A stretch of 64,000 bases of DNA from assembly GCA_043801745.1 (NCBI GenBank), contig JAZDLR010000021.1, positions 6,018 to 70,017 of the forward strand, in the 5' to 3' direction. The first letter of the stretch is position 1; every line of letters begins with the position of its first letter. Of the stretch, positions 39,899 to 49,089 are shown piece by piece. Source of the DNA: Candidatus Komeilibacteria bacterium (GTDB lineage Bacteria > Patescibacteriota > Patescibacteriia > UBA1558 > 2-01-FULL-52-15). The notes under the pieces were generated by a model. It saw only the letters and a list, made by a program, of their open reading frames with translations, did no database searches and had not been told where the DNA came from. The position numbers and the translations under genes were made by a program.

Positions 39899-39927
39899 AT
39901 TATAGCACCAATTCTAGCCATTGTCAA
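39899..39927 (-). promoter_or_regulatory. Perfect consensus sigma70 promoter (TTGACA-17-TATAAT) driving the GC-rich island operon
   Basis: On the minus strand: cTTGACAatggctagaattggtgcTATAATact, about 70 nt upstream of the ATG at 39819. Confidence 0.55.
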
Positions 39928-39967
39928 GTAGGGGGTGGTAGGGGGCGGAAATGGGGGTTTGAGCACA

Positions 39968-40005
39968 AGAAAAAGCCCCTGTTTGGGGCTTATTGTTATT
40001 GATTT
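39968..40005. terminator. Hairpin AGCCCC-TGTTT-GGGGCT with T/A-rich flanks; likely terminator of the rpmE-prfA-prmC operon
   Basis: GC stem with T-rich tracts on both strands. Immediately 3' of prmC beyond the MITE. Confidence 0.4.
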
Positions 40006-40010
40006 TTTAA

Positions 40011-40170
40011 TACCTCACCCCAACCCTCTCCTTGAAAAGGAGAGGGAGGATGCGCGGAGGTTGAGTAGAGCGACTAGCTTTATAAATAGCGTTCCTCTCC
40101 TTTTGAAGGAGAGGACAGGCCTGCCCGCCGTAGCTCTGAAAGTAACGAAGAGCGAAGGCGGGTGAGGTAA
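40011..40170. repeat. MITE family A copy 1 (TIR TACCTCACCCC...GGGTGAGGTA; internal CTCTCC-TTGAAAA-GGAGAG hairpins)
   Basis: Terminal 11-bp inverted repeats. Homologous copies at 61644-61824 and 62227-62384; a related fragment at 59225-59300. Confidence 0.6.
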
Positions 40171-40179
40171 TCTAACAAA

Positions 40180-41028
40180 TTATTGACGACTCAAAGCCAG
40201 CACCCGAATCCGGTTACTGAGATCAGGATAGAAAGTATAATCCCAATCAGGCAGAGTTTGCTTAATATCGCTTTCAATAATATCTTTTTGACTGGGATCA
40301 AGTTCTAAGAGAACCAGTGAACCTGATTTGGTAAATGCCGGCAGTTGCGGTAAAAGTTGTCGGATAAAGTGCAATCCTTGTTTACCGCCGTGCAGAGCTA
40401 ACTCCGGTTCGTGCTTAATCGAGGGCTCGGTTAATTGTTCAATGGTAAGGTAGGGGAGATTAGCTACAATCAGGTTGTAGGTTGTAGGTTGTAGGTTGTA
40501 GTCAGAGAACGTATTAAAAAGATTTGATTGTATGAAAGTAACAGCCGCGTTATTTTCAATGGCATTTTTTTTCGCTACTGCCAGAGCTTTGGCTGAAATA
40601 TCACTGGCAAAGTAATTAAACTGATTATTGGTTTCACAAGCCAAAGTAATGATCAGACAGCCCGAGCCAGTTCCGACATCCAGAATACTGGCTTGTTTTT
40701 TATCTTTCAGATATGCTAAAGCTTTCATAATTAGAACTTCGCTATCCGGCCGGGGAATTAGCACATCAGGATTAACTTTAAATTTCAGGCCATAGAATTC
40801 CTGTAAACCGCGGATATAGGCCATCGGTTTACCCGTTGCCCGCTCTTTAACCTGATTAATAAAATTGTTGTATTTATCATCGTTAATGTCTTGTCCCGGA
40901 TGCATCAGTAGCTGACTGCGGTCTACTTCTAAAACATGACTAAGCAAAAGATCGGCTTCGCCGGGATCAATAGATTGGGCTCGTAAGATTGAAGCTGCCT
41001 GTTCTAGGGCAGCTTGGATGGTAGGCAT
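40180..41028 (-). CDS. prmC: Release factor glutamine N5-methyltransferase PrmC (HemK)
   Basis: SAM motif 'ILDVGTGSGCLIITLA' and 'LIVANLPY' (NPPY-type). Directly downstream of prfA. Contains an in-frame (CTACAAC)4 repeat. Confidence 0.8.
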   Translation of the reverse strand: MPTIQAALEQAASILRAQSIDPGEADLLLSHVLEVDRSQLLMHPGQDINDDKYNNFINQVKERATGKPMAYIRGLQEFYGLKFKVNPDVLIPRPDSEVLIMKALAYLKDKKQASILDVGTGSGCLIITLACETNNQFNYFASDISAKALAVAKKNAIENNAAVTFIQSNLFNTFSDYNLQPTTYNLIVANLPYLTIEQLTEPSIKHEPELALHGGKQGLHFIRQLLPQLPAFTKSGSLVLLELDPSQKDIIESDIKQTLPDWDYTFYPDLSNRIRVLALSRQ

Positions 41029-41029
41029 A

Positions 41030-42082
41030 TTAAGTTGTGGCCGTCTGTTTTTCGGCTGTATGCAGGGCTTGGATTAATTCATCTAAATCGCCGTCCATAA
41101 TATCCGGCAAGCTATGACCGGTATATTTTATGCGGTGGTCAGTCAGCCGGTCTTGGGGAAAGTTATAGGTGCGGATTTTCTCACTTCGGTCACCGGTGCC
41201 GATCTGACTTTTACGCGCATCAGCCCGCTCTTGATGCAGACGTTCTTTTTCTAGCGCGAGAAGCCGCGAAGCTAAGACTTGCAGGGCTTTTAAGCGGTTT
41301 TGCTGTTGTGACTTTTCATCCTGACAAGTTACTATCATTCCTGTGGGCACGTGGACTACGCGTACGGCGGAATAAGTTGTATTAACTGATTGTCCGCCGT
41401 GTCCGCCGGCCATAAAAGTATCTATGCGTAGATCCTCGGGCTTAAGTTGAATATCCGCTTCTTCCGCTTCCGGCAGAACAGCCACAGTGACAGTGGAAGT
41501 ATGAACACGGCCGGCTTTTTCCGTGGCCGGTACCCGCTGTACGCGGTGTACCCCGGATTCATATTTAAGATCACGGTAAACGTGGTCGCCGTGCACTTCG
41601 AAAATGATTTCTTTATAACCGCCAAGCTCCGTGCGGTTGGCGGAAATAATGTGCGGCCGCCAACCGTGACGCTCAGCGTAGCGGGTATACATGCGGAATA
41701 ATTCCGCGGCAAAAAGCGCCGACTCATCGCCACCGGCCCCGGGACGGATTTCTATAATAATATCTTTCTTGTCCAGAGGGTCAGCTGGATTAGTCAGGTC
41801 TTCCAGTTTATTTTTAGCTTCGGTGAGTTGCGATCCCAGTTGAATAATCTCCTCCCGCGTCAGAGCAGCCATTTCCGGATCAGGCTCGTTGTTCAAGGAC
41901 AACTCCAGATGCTCAATTTCGAACAGCAGCTGGCTGACAGTTTCGCTGGTTTCCACAATGTCTTTCTTTTCCTTGTATTCTTTATTTAAAGCTTGCATTT
42001 TCGCCGGATCAGAAGCAGCGGCCGGAGTGGACATTTCAGCCTCTAGTTCTTGCAGACGTAGTTTTAGTTCTTGAATATTCAT
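41030..42082 (-). CDS. prfA: Peptide chain release factor 1
   Basis: GGQ motif 'GGHGGQSVNTT', RF1-type 'PATEKAGRVHTS'. Confidence 0.9.
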   Translation of the reverse strand: MNIQELKLRLQELEAEMSTPAAASDPAKMQALNKEYKEKKDIVETSETVSQLLFEIEHLELSLNNEPDPEMAALTREEIIQLGSQLTEAKNKLEDLTNPADPLDKKDIIIEIRPGAGGDESALFAAELFRMYTRYAERHGWRPHIISANRTELGGYKEIIFEVHGDHVYRDLKYESGVHRVQRVPATEKAGRVHTSTVTVAVLPEAEEADIQLKPEDLRIDTFMAGGHGGQSVNTTYSAVRVVHVPTGMIVTCQDEKSQQQNRLKALQVLASRLLALEKERLHQERADARKSQIGTGDRSEKIRTYNFPQDRLTDHRIKYTGHSLPDIMDGDLDELIQALHTAEKQTATT

Positions 42083-42141
42083 GGTGGGAATTAAAAACAG
42101 AGCTCGGCTTCATTATAGCAGGAAGCAGAACTCTGGCGTAG

Positions 42142-42432
42142 TTACTTTTCGGCTTTGGCTTTGCCGGCTTTCTTGACTTTGGCCGCGGCTTTCTTGACCT
42201 TGCGGCCCTTGCGCACAGCCGATTCAGCTGCTTGCTTGCTGACCAATTTCTTGAAGCGGTCAACGCGGCCGGCAGTATCAATCAGCTTATCTTTACCGGT
42301 ATAGAAAGGGTGACATTGGGAGCAAATTTCCACTTGTAGTGATTCTACAGTAGAACCCACGGTAAATACATTACCACAGGCGCAGGTAATCTTAGCTTTG
42401 GGATAATAGGTGGGGTGGGTGTCTTTTTTCAT
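42142..42432 (-). CDS. rpmE: 50S ribosomal protein L31 (with Lys-rich C-terminal extension)
   Basis: '[23 protein letters not shown]...[11 protein letters not shown]'. Confidence 0.85.
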   Translation of the reverse strand: MKKDTHPTYYPKAKITCACGNVFTVGSTVESLQVEICSQCHPFYTGKDKLIDTAGRVDRFKKLVSKQAAESAVRKGRKVKKAAAKVKKAGKAKAEK

Positions 42433-42466
42433 AGTAGTCGCATAATAACAGAGGATTAGGGGGTTG

Positions 42467-43285
42467 TCAATAATCTAGCTTGGAGAGTAATTTTTTGACC
42501 TTGCCACTATCAATCCTTTGATCCCAACCCGTAAGATTAGTTAGTTTCTTATTGACCTTGCCTTTTTTCAGAGCAGTGCTGACAATAACTCCGTTGGCAT
42601 AATTAAGAATAGTGGTGATATTTTTCGAATTAACTCCGCTACCGGCCAGAATAGGATGTTGACCGGCTGCCCCGCGGGCAATAGCCAGGTCAGTTGTTTG
42701 CGGCGCGTCACCAGTCCAGCTGCCGGTTATGATTAAAGCGTCTGAACCTTTCTTAATTGCCAGACGGGCTGATTGCGCCAGTGAATAGCGGGACAATAAT
42801 TTTGCATGCTTAACGTGAATATCAGTAAAAATTTGCACGCCTTCAGCTTTGATTTGACGCCGGTAGCGTATTACATCATCGGGCTGACCTTTGATGATGC
42901 CGCAGGCAGTTTTAACGGTGTCCACAAAAACCGGAATTCTGATAAAAGATAAATCGGCAATTTTAGCAATTGATAATGCGGCGCGGTAATCGTTCCAAAG
43001 TACCGATATACCCAGAGGCAGCCGGGGAAAGCTCTGACGTAGTTTGACAGCCAGATATGTCAGGCAGGCCAAGGATCCGGCCGGAATATTTACCTGATGC
43101 GGCAGGTCATAATTATTTTCCATTATAACTCCTGGCGCTCCGCCGGCTATAAAATTTTTGATGTCTTGGGTGGAATTTTTTAAAGACGTTTTAATACCTG
43201 GAAATTCCGGGTAGCCCAATAAAGGGGGAAAATGAACTGCCCCGATGACAATATGGGAATTTTGCTGAAATATAGACTTTAACAT
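42467..43285 (-). CDS. BtpA/SgcQ-family TIM-barrel protein (putative)
   Basis: '[14 protein letters not shown]...', '[10 protein letters not shown]', '[10 protein letters not shown]' resemble BtpA-family signatures. Confidence 0.45.
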   Translation of the reverse strand: MLKSIFQQNSHIVIGAVHFPPLLGYPEFPGIKTSLKNSTQDIKNFIAGGAPGVIMENNYDLPHQVNIPAGSLACLTYLAVKLRQSFPRLPLGISVLWNDYRAALSIAKIADLSFIRIPVFVDTVKTACGIIKGQPDDVIRYRRQIKAEGVQIFTDIHVKHAKLLSRYSLAQSARLAIKKGSDALIITGSWTGDAPQTTDLAIARGAAGQHPILAGSGVNSKNITTILNYANGVIVSTALKKGKVNKKLTNLTGWDQRIDSGKVKKLLSKLDY

Positions 43286-43495
43286 TGTGTTAGTATAGCA
43301 TCAGTTATTTTCAGAAAGAAGAGCGGCCCGCGCATAAGAAGGCGCGGGCCGCGGGCTGTCAGGCCAGGAATTCCCGTATGTTCTGAACATGGTTAAAGAC
43401 CTGACCGCTGGCAAAAACTTCGCTGGCCAGCTTCTGAAGTAGTCAAGCAAAACCAGAATACCCGAAGCCCTGGCGGTTACCAAACTGCCGGGGCT
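43283..43495 (+). ncRNA. Candidate small RNA (promoter-like TGTTAGTAT, two strong hairpins, intrinsic terminator)
   Basis: Hairpin GGCCCGCGC-ATAAGAAG-GCGCGGGCC at about 43322-43352. Terminal hairpin GAAGCCC...GGGCTTC followed by TTCTTTTTATT at about 43455-43495. No ORF. Confidence 0.25.
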
Positions 43496-43692
43496 TCTTC
43501 TTTTTATTATGAGAAATAGTTCGCTATAGTGCTTTGTAAGAAAAGAATCTTATCAGCGGCTAATATTAGTCAGGTGTATATTCTGGGGATAATTTCACTA
43601 GCGACAAAGTTGAAATATTAGGTTATATTAAAGGTGGAATTTAGCCTTATTTACATTTTTATTTAGTTGTGCTCTAATGTGGTCACTAATTA

Positions 43693-44313
43693 ATGCCTCT
43701 CTCAATGCCTAGAAAGACCCTTATCCGTGTAATTTTACTAGCTGCCTTTGTGGCGTCTTTTGGCTATCTTTCCTGGACTTCGGTCAGAATCTATAGTCAG
43801 TCGCTGCCAACAGCGGAAACGGCTGATCAGGCAACGTCAACCGATACAGACCAACCCTTGCAAGGAACTAATATTGCTCAAGCAGCTACCGCTAAGTCCG
43901 AAGTCGCGGCTAATCAAATCAATACTTTGCAGGTTGCTGCCATGAAAGTTGACAGCCGGATCTGGGAAGGCGCTGGAACTGCGACACTGAATAAAGGTTT
44001 ATGGCGCATTCCCGGCAGTTCCACTCCGGATAAAGGCGGCAACACCGTTATTGCGGCACACCGCTGGAAATGGTTGCCCACCAGTAAGAAGTCTTTTTAC
44101 GATATTGATAAAGTTAAAGTCGGTGACCAAATTTCTCTGCAGTGGGCCGGCAAAGATTATCAGTATAAGGTTTCTAAAATTAGCACTGTAACTCCGGACA
44201 AGGTTGATATTTTAAAAAATAGTGATCAGCCCAAGCTGACGCTTTTTTCTTGCACGCCGCTTTTTTCCAGCAAGTACCGCCTGATTGTTGAAGCTGATCT
44301 GATAACAACTTAA
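43693..44313 (+). CDS. Sortase (transpeptidase)
   Basis: N-terminal TM. Catalytic His ('VIAAHRW'), Cys in 'LTLFSCTP' (TLxTC), Arg in 'YRLIV'. Confidence 0.7.
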   Translation: MPLSMPRKTLIRVILLAAFVASFGYLSWTSVRIYSQSLPTAETADQATSTDTDQPLQGTNIAQAATAKSEVAANQINTLQVAAMKVDSRIWEGAGTATLNKGLWRIPGSSTPDKGGNTVIAAHRWKWLPTSKKSFYDIDKVKVGDQISLQWAGKDYQYKVSKISTVTPDKVDILKNSDQPKLTLFSCTPLFSSKYRLIVEADLITT

Positions 44314-44360
44314 TTTATTAAATTATTTATTAATTTTCGAGGAGGGTCGACAATAATTAT

Positions 44361-47300
44361 ATGAAAAAATATTTTCACAAGCTGCAGCGGACACTGACGT
44401 TGCTATCCTTGCTGGCTCTGGTCGTGAGTCAAGCGGGATTGCAATCAGTGCCTTTAGCAGGATTGAACTTGACTAAGAAGGCCCAAGCTCAATTAGCGGC
44501 ACCAGTAATAACTATTGGTGGCATGAAATGGGAAGATTTAAACGGGAATGGCGTGCTAGATAGTGGTGAACCAGGTGTTCAAGGGGTTCAGATTAATATC
44601 AATCAATTGCTTTTAGCTGATGCGCCGTCAATAAGAGGTTTATTTATTCCTACGGCCCATGCTGATTTTGTTTATTCCGCCAGTACCGTGACTGATAGTC
44701 AGGGTAACTATTCTTTTACTGATGTACCTCTGGGCGGTAGCTATGATGTTTGTGAAACCGTACCCTCTGGTTGGCACCAAACCTTTCCGATAAATGCTAA
44801 TAATAATTGTCATCGGATAAATTTAAATCTTTCAGAGACAGAATCAGTGACTGGTGCACCCATCTATGATTTTGGTAATCAACGTAATCAGGCTACTATC
44901 GTTGTTGATAAGATCGTTTGTCCGAATGAATCTGACTTGCCCAATTGGGGCGATCATTCTGGCGGCCCAATTGACGCTAATACCGCCGCTGTCTTTTTAC
45001 GGGAACATAAGGATTGTCATCTGGCTTCCGGATGGAGTTTCCAGTGGGCTTTCAATAATGTTGAGAATCCCGGAGATCAAACGGCAACATCAAGTGATTT
45101 GACTACCTTTGGCCCAACAGATGGCTCTGGTCGGACATCAACCCAGGTAGTACTGGGTGATAAGGACGAAATTAGGGTGCGGGAAGTTTTTCAGTCAGGT
45201 TATATACCGTTTACTGGTGCCAGTACTGCCGATAATGTCAGCGCGGAGATTTACTGTAATGATGATGTTCTGAATTATGATAATTATGATTATATCCGTG
45301 GTGCCAGCGTTGGCAACACATATTATTGTGTAGCCTGGAACGTGGCTCAATTGCCAGCCCAGCAGTGCGGTAATGGTCAGGTAGAGGGTACGGAAGTTTG
45401 TGATGAAGGTACGGTTAATGGTCAGCCGCTACATTGTAACCTTGACTGCAGCGGTAACACTCTACCGGTTTGCGGCAACCAGATTACCGAAAGTGATCCT
45501 TACGGCGCTGAGCAATGTGATGACGGCAATTTGAATGACGGTGACGGTTGTAGCTCAACTTGTCAGCAGGAACAGATTGCCTGTCATTCACCGCTAGACT
45601 ATGTCAATACTGAAGGTGTACTCGGTCCTGATCACGGATTAACTTTGAGCGATGCGGTGATTTTTACCCAGAGATACGAAGCAGCTTTAGGCAGTCACAC
45701 TGGTGATGGTAACTTTGATGCTACGGTTGACGTGAATAATGACGGTGCCATTACTGCAGCTGATTATCTTTGCACTCGGCCTTATTACGCTGCCAATGGT
45801 CCGTACACCTGTCAGCTAGATTGTAATAATATCTGCGTCAATCCTTTGGATTATGACCAAAACTATCAGATTACCTTGAGTGATGGAACTGAATTTACGA
45901 ATTATTACGAGAATAAAACTTATGCCACCTCTAGCGCCAGATATTTGGCTGACCTAAATGGTAATGGCGGGGTTGATTATGGTGATTATCTTTGCTCTTA
46001 TGATCAGCTGGCTATGGCTGATTATCAGTGTCCGATTAAGTGCGCCTCGGTTTGTGGCGATGGCACTATTCAGCCACGTTTAGGTGAAACTTGCGATGAT
46101 GGTAATCATATTGATTTTGATGGTTGCAGTTCTTTCTGCCAGACAGAAACTAATGAATGCCAGGAGCCGAATAAATTGGATTATAATCATGATTATCAGT
46201 TTACCGGCGGTGACGCAGTTATCTTTACCAGTTTTTATGAAGCTGATAATAGTCAGGCTGACGTCAATAACGACGGATTAGTTGATTATGGCGATAAGCT
46301 CTGTGCCAATAAATATTACAGCGCAGCCTTAGCTTATGTCTGTGATATTGTTTGTCCAGACTATACTCCAGTTTGCGGTGACACCCATATAGATGAGGGT
46401 GAACAATGTGATGATGGTAATACCACTAATGGTGACGGTTGTAATTCTAGATGTCAGAATGAACAGCTAATGTGTGTTGGTACTGGTACCTATACTCTGG
46501 ACGCTGATTTTGATAAAGGTACTTTGATCAATGTCGTGCATACTCCGAGCGATCAGTTGCAGTTAAGCAGTGAGATGAAGGCTTTTAACTTCATCTGGGT
46601 AGCCGTTTCTACCAAAGGAACAGTGGTGAAGATAAATACTGACACCGGAGCGATTATGGGCGAATATGCCACTAATCCGGCCTCACATGGCTGGGGCCAG
46701 GGCAATCCTTCACGAACGACAGTTGATAAAGACGGCAGTGTTTGGCTGACTAACCGCAACGATGTTTATGAAGGCGTTGGTTCAGTCATCCACATAGGAT
46801 TGGTGGAAAATAATCAGTGCCAAGACCGTAATGGTAATGGTCTGATTGATACTTCGACTGCCCAGAATGATATTAAGCCCTGGACCACTGCTTCGGTTTC
46901 GCCGGGTGTTGGTACAGCCGAAGATGAATGTATTATTCATTATGTGAAATTACCCAACTCCAGCGGTACTAGACACGTTTCTGTTACTGCCAATAATGAT
47001 GTTTGGGTGGCTGGATTATATTCCAGAAATTTTGATTTGGTAAAAGGTGGAGGTCCTGGAGTACCTGGTTCTGGCACCATTATCCGCAGTGAATCTAGTG
47101 TTGGTTATGGCGGTTATGGTGGTTTAATTACACCGAGCGGCGTGATTTGGTCCTCTAATCCGTTAATGCGCTGGGATACATCTGTACCGCTAGTAGCTGG
47201 AAATTTCCTCGGCTACGGACACGATAGCTATGGTTTATGTATAGATCCGAGTGGTAATGTCTGGAATACCTCACTATCCGGAGACCAAATACGGAAATTT

Positions 47301-48743
47301 GCTCCGGATGGTTCTCTGCTAGGAACATTCGGACATGGAAGCTATTACGCTCAGGGTTGTGCTGCAGCTGCCAACGGTGATATTTGGGTAGCTGGCTCTC
47401 TCTATGATACTGTGGTTGGTCACTTGAAAAATAATGGAACTTTGGTCGGTACTGTATCTGTGCCTTCCGGACCTACCGGCATTGCTGTAGATGCTAATGG
47501 AAAAGTTTGGTCAACGAATTACAATGCCGGCAATGTGACCCGTATAGATCCGTTAGGCGGAGCAATTGGTGGCGATGGGGTAACTCCTATTGGATCAGTT
47601 GATCTTACTACAGTTGGTTTAGGTGGAAATCCTTATAACTATTCTGATATGACTGGCAGTACCTTATCCGGCAGCGCCACTAACGGTACTTGGACAGTTA
47701 TTCATGATGGTGAAGTTTCTCTGCCCTGGGGTAGTTTGACTTGGACTGCTACTGGTTCACTGACTGTTACTGTTGCGACCAGTGAAGACGGTTCTACTTT
47801 TGGTGCGCCCCAGACAATTACTAGCGGTCAGGATCTATCCAGCTTAACCTCGCGTTATCTGAAGATTGTTGTTGCTTTCGAGCGGGAAGTTACTGGTGCC
47901 AGTCCGATTCTCTATGATCTGACAGTTAATAGACTTTGCGATCAGCCGCCGGCACCAAGCTGCGGTAATAGCGTTATTGATGAAGGTGAGCAGTGTGATG
48001 AAGGTGAAGTGAACGGTCAACCGGGACACTGCAATAGTCAGTGCTCAGGCATAACGGAAGCGACCTGCGGGAATACAATCGTTGAAGCCGGTGAGCAATG
48101 TGATGATGGTAATATTAATGATGGTGACGGCTGCTCTGCTAGCTGTCAAAGTGAGCAAAATCCGCCCACACCTCCTCCAACTCCTGGTCCTTCCCGCAGT
48201 GGCGGCGGTGGCGGAGGTGGTATGACAACCTTAGCCAGTTTGCTGGTTGCTAAGACAGCTTCTTTGCCTTTCGTTTCACCCGGCTCACAGGTTACCTTCA
48301 CAATTTCAGTTACCAATAATGGTAATGTGATTGCTACCAATGTTTCCTTGGATGATTCTTTACCGGCCGGATTTACTTTTGCTGATGGTGGCGGTACGGC
48401 CAAGACTTGGACCTGGGACACGATTGGAGTTGGTCAGACTGTAACGGTATCCTATTTAGTTAATGTTAGCTCTACCGCGTCTCTGGGCGTTTATTCCAAC
48501 ACAGCCGTGGTTAAATCCAATGCCGGAATCGTCTCAGCTCAAGGTTCGGTAAATGTTGAGGTCCGCAGCCCGCAGGTTCTGGGAGTGGAAACTGAAGTCC
48601 CGGCTAGCGCGGAAAAAGTCAAAGTTCTAGGCTTTGAAGCACTGCCTGATACTTCCGGTGACTGGAGTTACTTAGGAATCTTTGGCGCTTTGATCGTCAT
48701 GGGCCTAAGTATTTTCTACGGCCGTAAAGCTTTCCAAGACTAG
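44361..48743 (+). CDS. Giant (1460 aa) LPXTG-type (LPDTSG) cell-surface protein: signal peptide, 5-6 Myxococcus-type Cys-rich repeats (DUF4215; CGxG...E.CDDGN...GDGCS..C), dockerin/EF-hand-like Ca-binding loops, NHL-like beta-propeller, DUF11 domain, sorting signal
   Basis: Repeats such as 'CGNTIVEAGEQCDDGNINDGDGCSASCQSEQ'. 'DVNNDGAITAADYL'. Propeller 'GSVWLTN/NDVWVAG/GDIWVAG/GKVWSTN'. C-terminal 'LPDTSGDWSYLGIFGALIVMGLSIFYGRKAFQD'. Confidence 0.8.
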   Translation: MKKYFHKLQRTLTLLSLLALVVSQAGLQSVPLAGLNLTKKAQAQLAAPVITIGGMKWEDLNGNGVLDSGEPGVQGVQININQLLLADAPSIRGLFIPTAHADFVYSASTVTDSQGNYSFTDVPLGGSYDVCETVPSGWHQTFPINANNNCHRINLNLSETESVTGAPIYDFGNQRNQATIVVDKIVCPNESDLPNWGDHSGGPIDANTAAVFLREHKDCHLASGWSFQWAFNNVENPGDQTATSSDLTTFGPTDGSGRTSTQVVLGDKDEIRVREVFQSGYIPFTGASTADNVSAEIYCNDDVLNYDNYDYIRGASVGNTYYCVAWNVAQLPAQQCGNGQVEGTEVCDEGTVNGQPLHCNLDCSGNTLPVCGNQITESDPYGAEQCDDGNLNDGDGCSSTCQQEQIACHSPLDYVNTEGVLGPDHGLTLSDAVIFTQRYEAALGSHTGDGNFDATVDVNNDGAITAADYLCTRPYYAANGPYTCQLDCNNICVNPLDYDQNYQITLSDGTEFTNYYENKTYATSSARYLADLNGNGGVDYGDYLCSYDQLAMADYQCPIKCASVCGDGTIQPRLGETCDDGNHIDFDGCSSFCQTETNECQEPNKLDYNHDYQFTGGDAVIFTSFYEADNSQADVNNDGLVDYGDKLCANKYYSAALAYVCDIVCPDYTPVCGDTHIDEGEQCDDGNTTNGDGCNSRCQNEQLMCVGTGTYTLDADFDKGTLINVVHTPSDQLQLSSEMKAFNFIWVAVSTKGTVVKINTDTGAIMGEYATNPASHGWGQGNPSRTTVDKDGSVWLTNRNDVYEGVGSVIHIGLVENNQCQDRNGNGLIDTSTAQNDIKPWTTASVSPGVGTAEDECIIHYVKLPNSSGTRHVSVTANNDVWVAGLYSRNFDLVKGGGPGVPGSGTIIRSESSVGYGGYGGLITPSGVIWSSNPLMRWDTSVPLVAGNFLGYGHDSYGLCIDPSGNVWNTSLSGDQIRKFAPDGSLLGTFGHGSYYAQGCAAAANGDIWVAGSLYDTVVGHLKNNGTLVGTVSVPSGPTGIAVDANGKVWSTNYNAGNVTRIDPLGGAIGGDGVTPIGSVDLTTVGLGGNPYNYSDMTGSTLSGSATNGTWTVIHDGEVSLPWGSLTWTATGSLTVTVATSEDGSTFGAPQTITSGQDLSSLTSRYLKIVVAFEREVTGASPILYDLTVNRLCDQPPAPSCGNSVIDEGEQCDEGEVNGQPGHCNSQCSGITEATCGNTIVEAGEQCDDGNINDGDGCSASCQSEQNPPTPPPTPGPSRSGGGGGGGMTTLASLLVAKTASLPFVSPGSQVTFTISVTNNGNVIATNVSLDDSLPAGFTFADGGGTAKTWTWDTIGVGQTVTVSYLVNVSSTASLGVYSNTAVVKSNAGIVSAQGSVNVEVRSPQVLGVETEVPASAEKVKVLGFEALPDTSGDWSYLGIFGALIVMGLSIFYGRKAFQD

Positions 48744-48766
48744 GTAAGAGATTAGTTAAGCAATAA

Positions 48767-48800
48767 ACAGAGCTCCTGCGGGGGCTCTGTTTGGTTTTAT
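48767..48800 (+). terminator. Rho-independent terminator
   Basis: ACAGAGCTCC-TGCG-GGGGCTCTGT then TTGGTTTT. Confidence 0.7.
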
Positions 48801-48814
48801 GAAATTTATTATAT

Positions 48815-48950
48815 CCCCTCGCCGGGGAGGCCCTACTTTTGTAACCAAAAGTAGGCAAAAGTTTTGGGGTCGCGTAAGTCGCGTGGGTCTTTTTAGTTTG
48901 ATCTCGCCAGTCGTGGCTATCAGTACGCGACCCCAAACCCCTTAAAATAT
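48815..48950. repeat. Repeat family D copy 1 (hairpin CCTACTTTTGTAACCAAAAGTAGG; long-range IR TTGGGGTCGCGTA...TACGCGACCCCAA)
   Basis: Second copy at 52078-52215 with the same two modules. Confidence 0.45.
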
Positions 48951-49089
48951 AAAATTAGTAGGCGTTGATTAAACATTAGCGTTCTTACTTTAATCATATC
49001 AACTTCGGCAAAAAATTAACTACGGAAATTCAAAAGGACCCGTCCAGTACAGCGAGATGCTGCACCGGACGGGCCCAAGATGATTCGGG

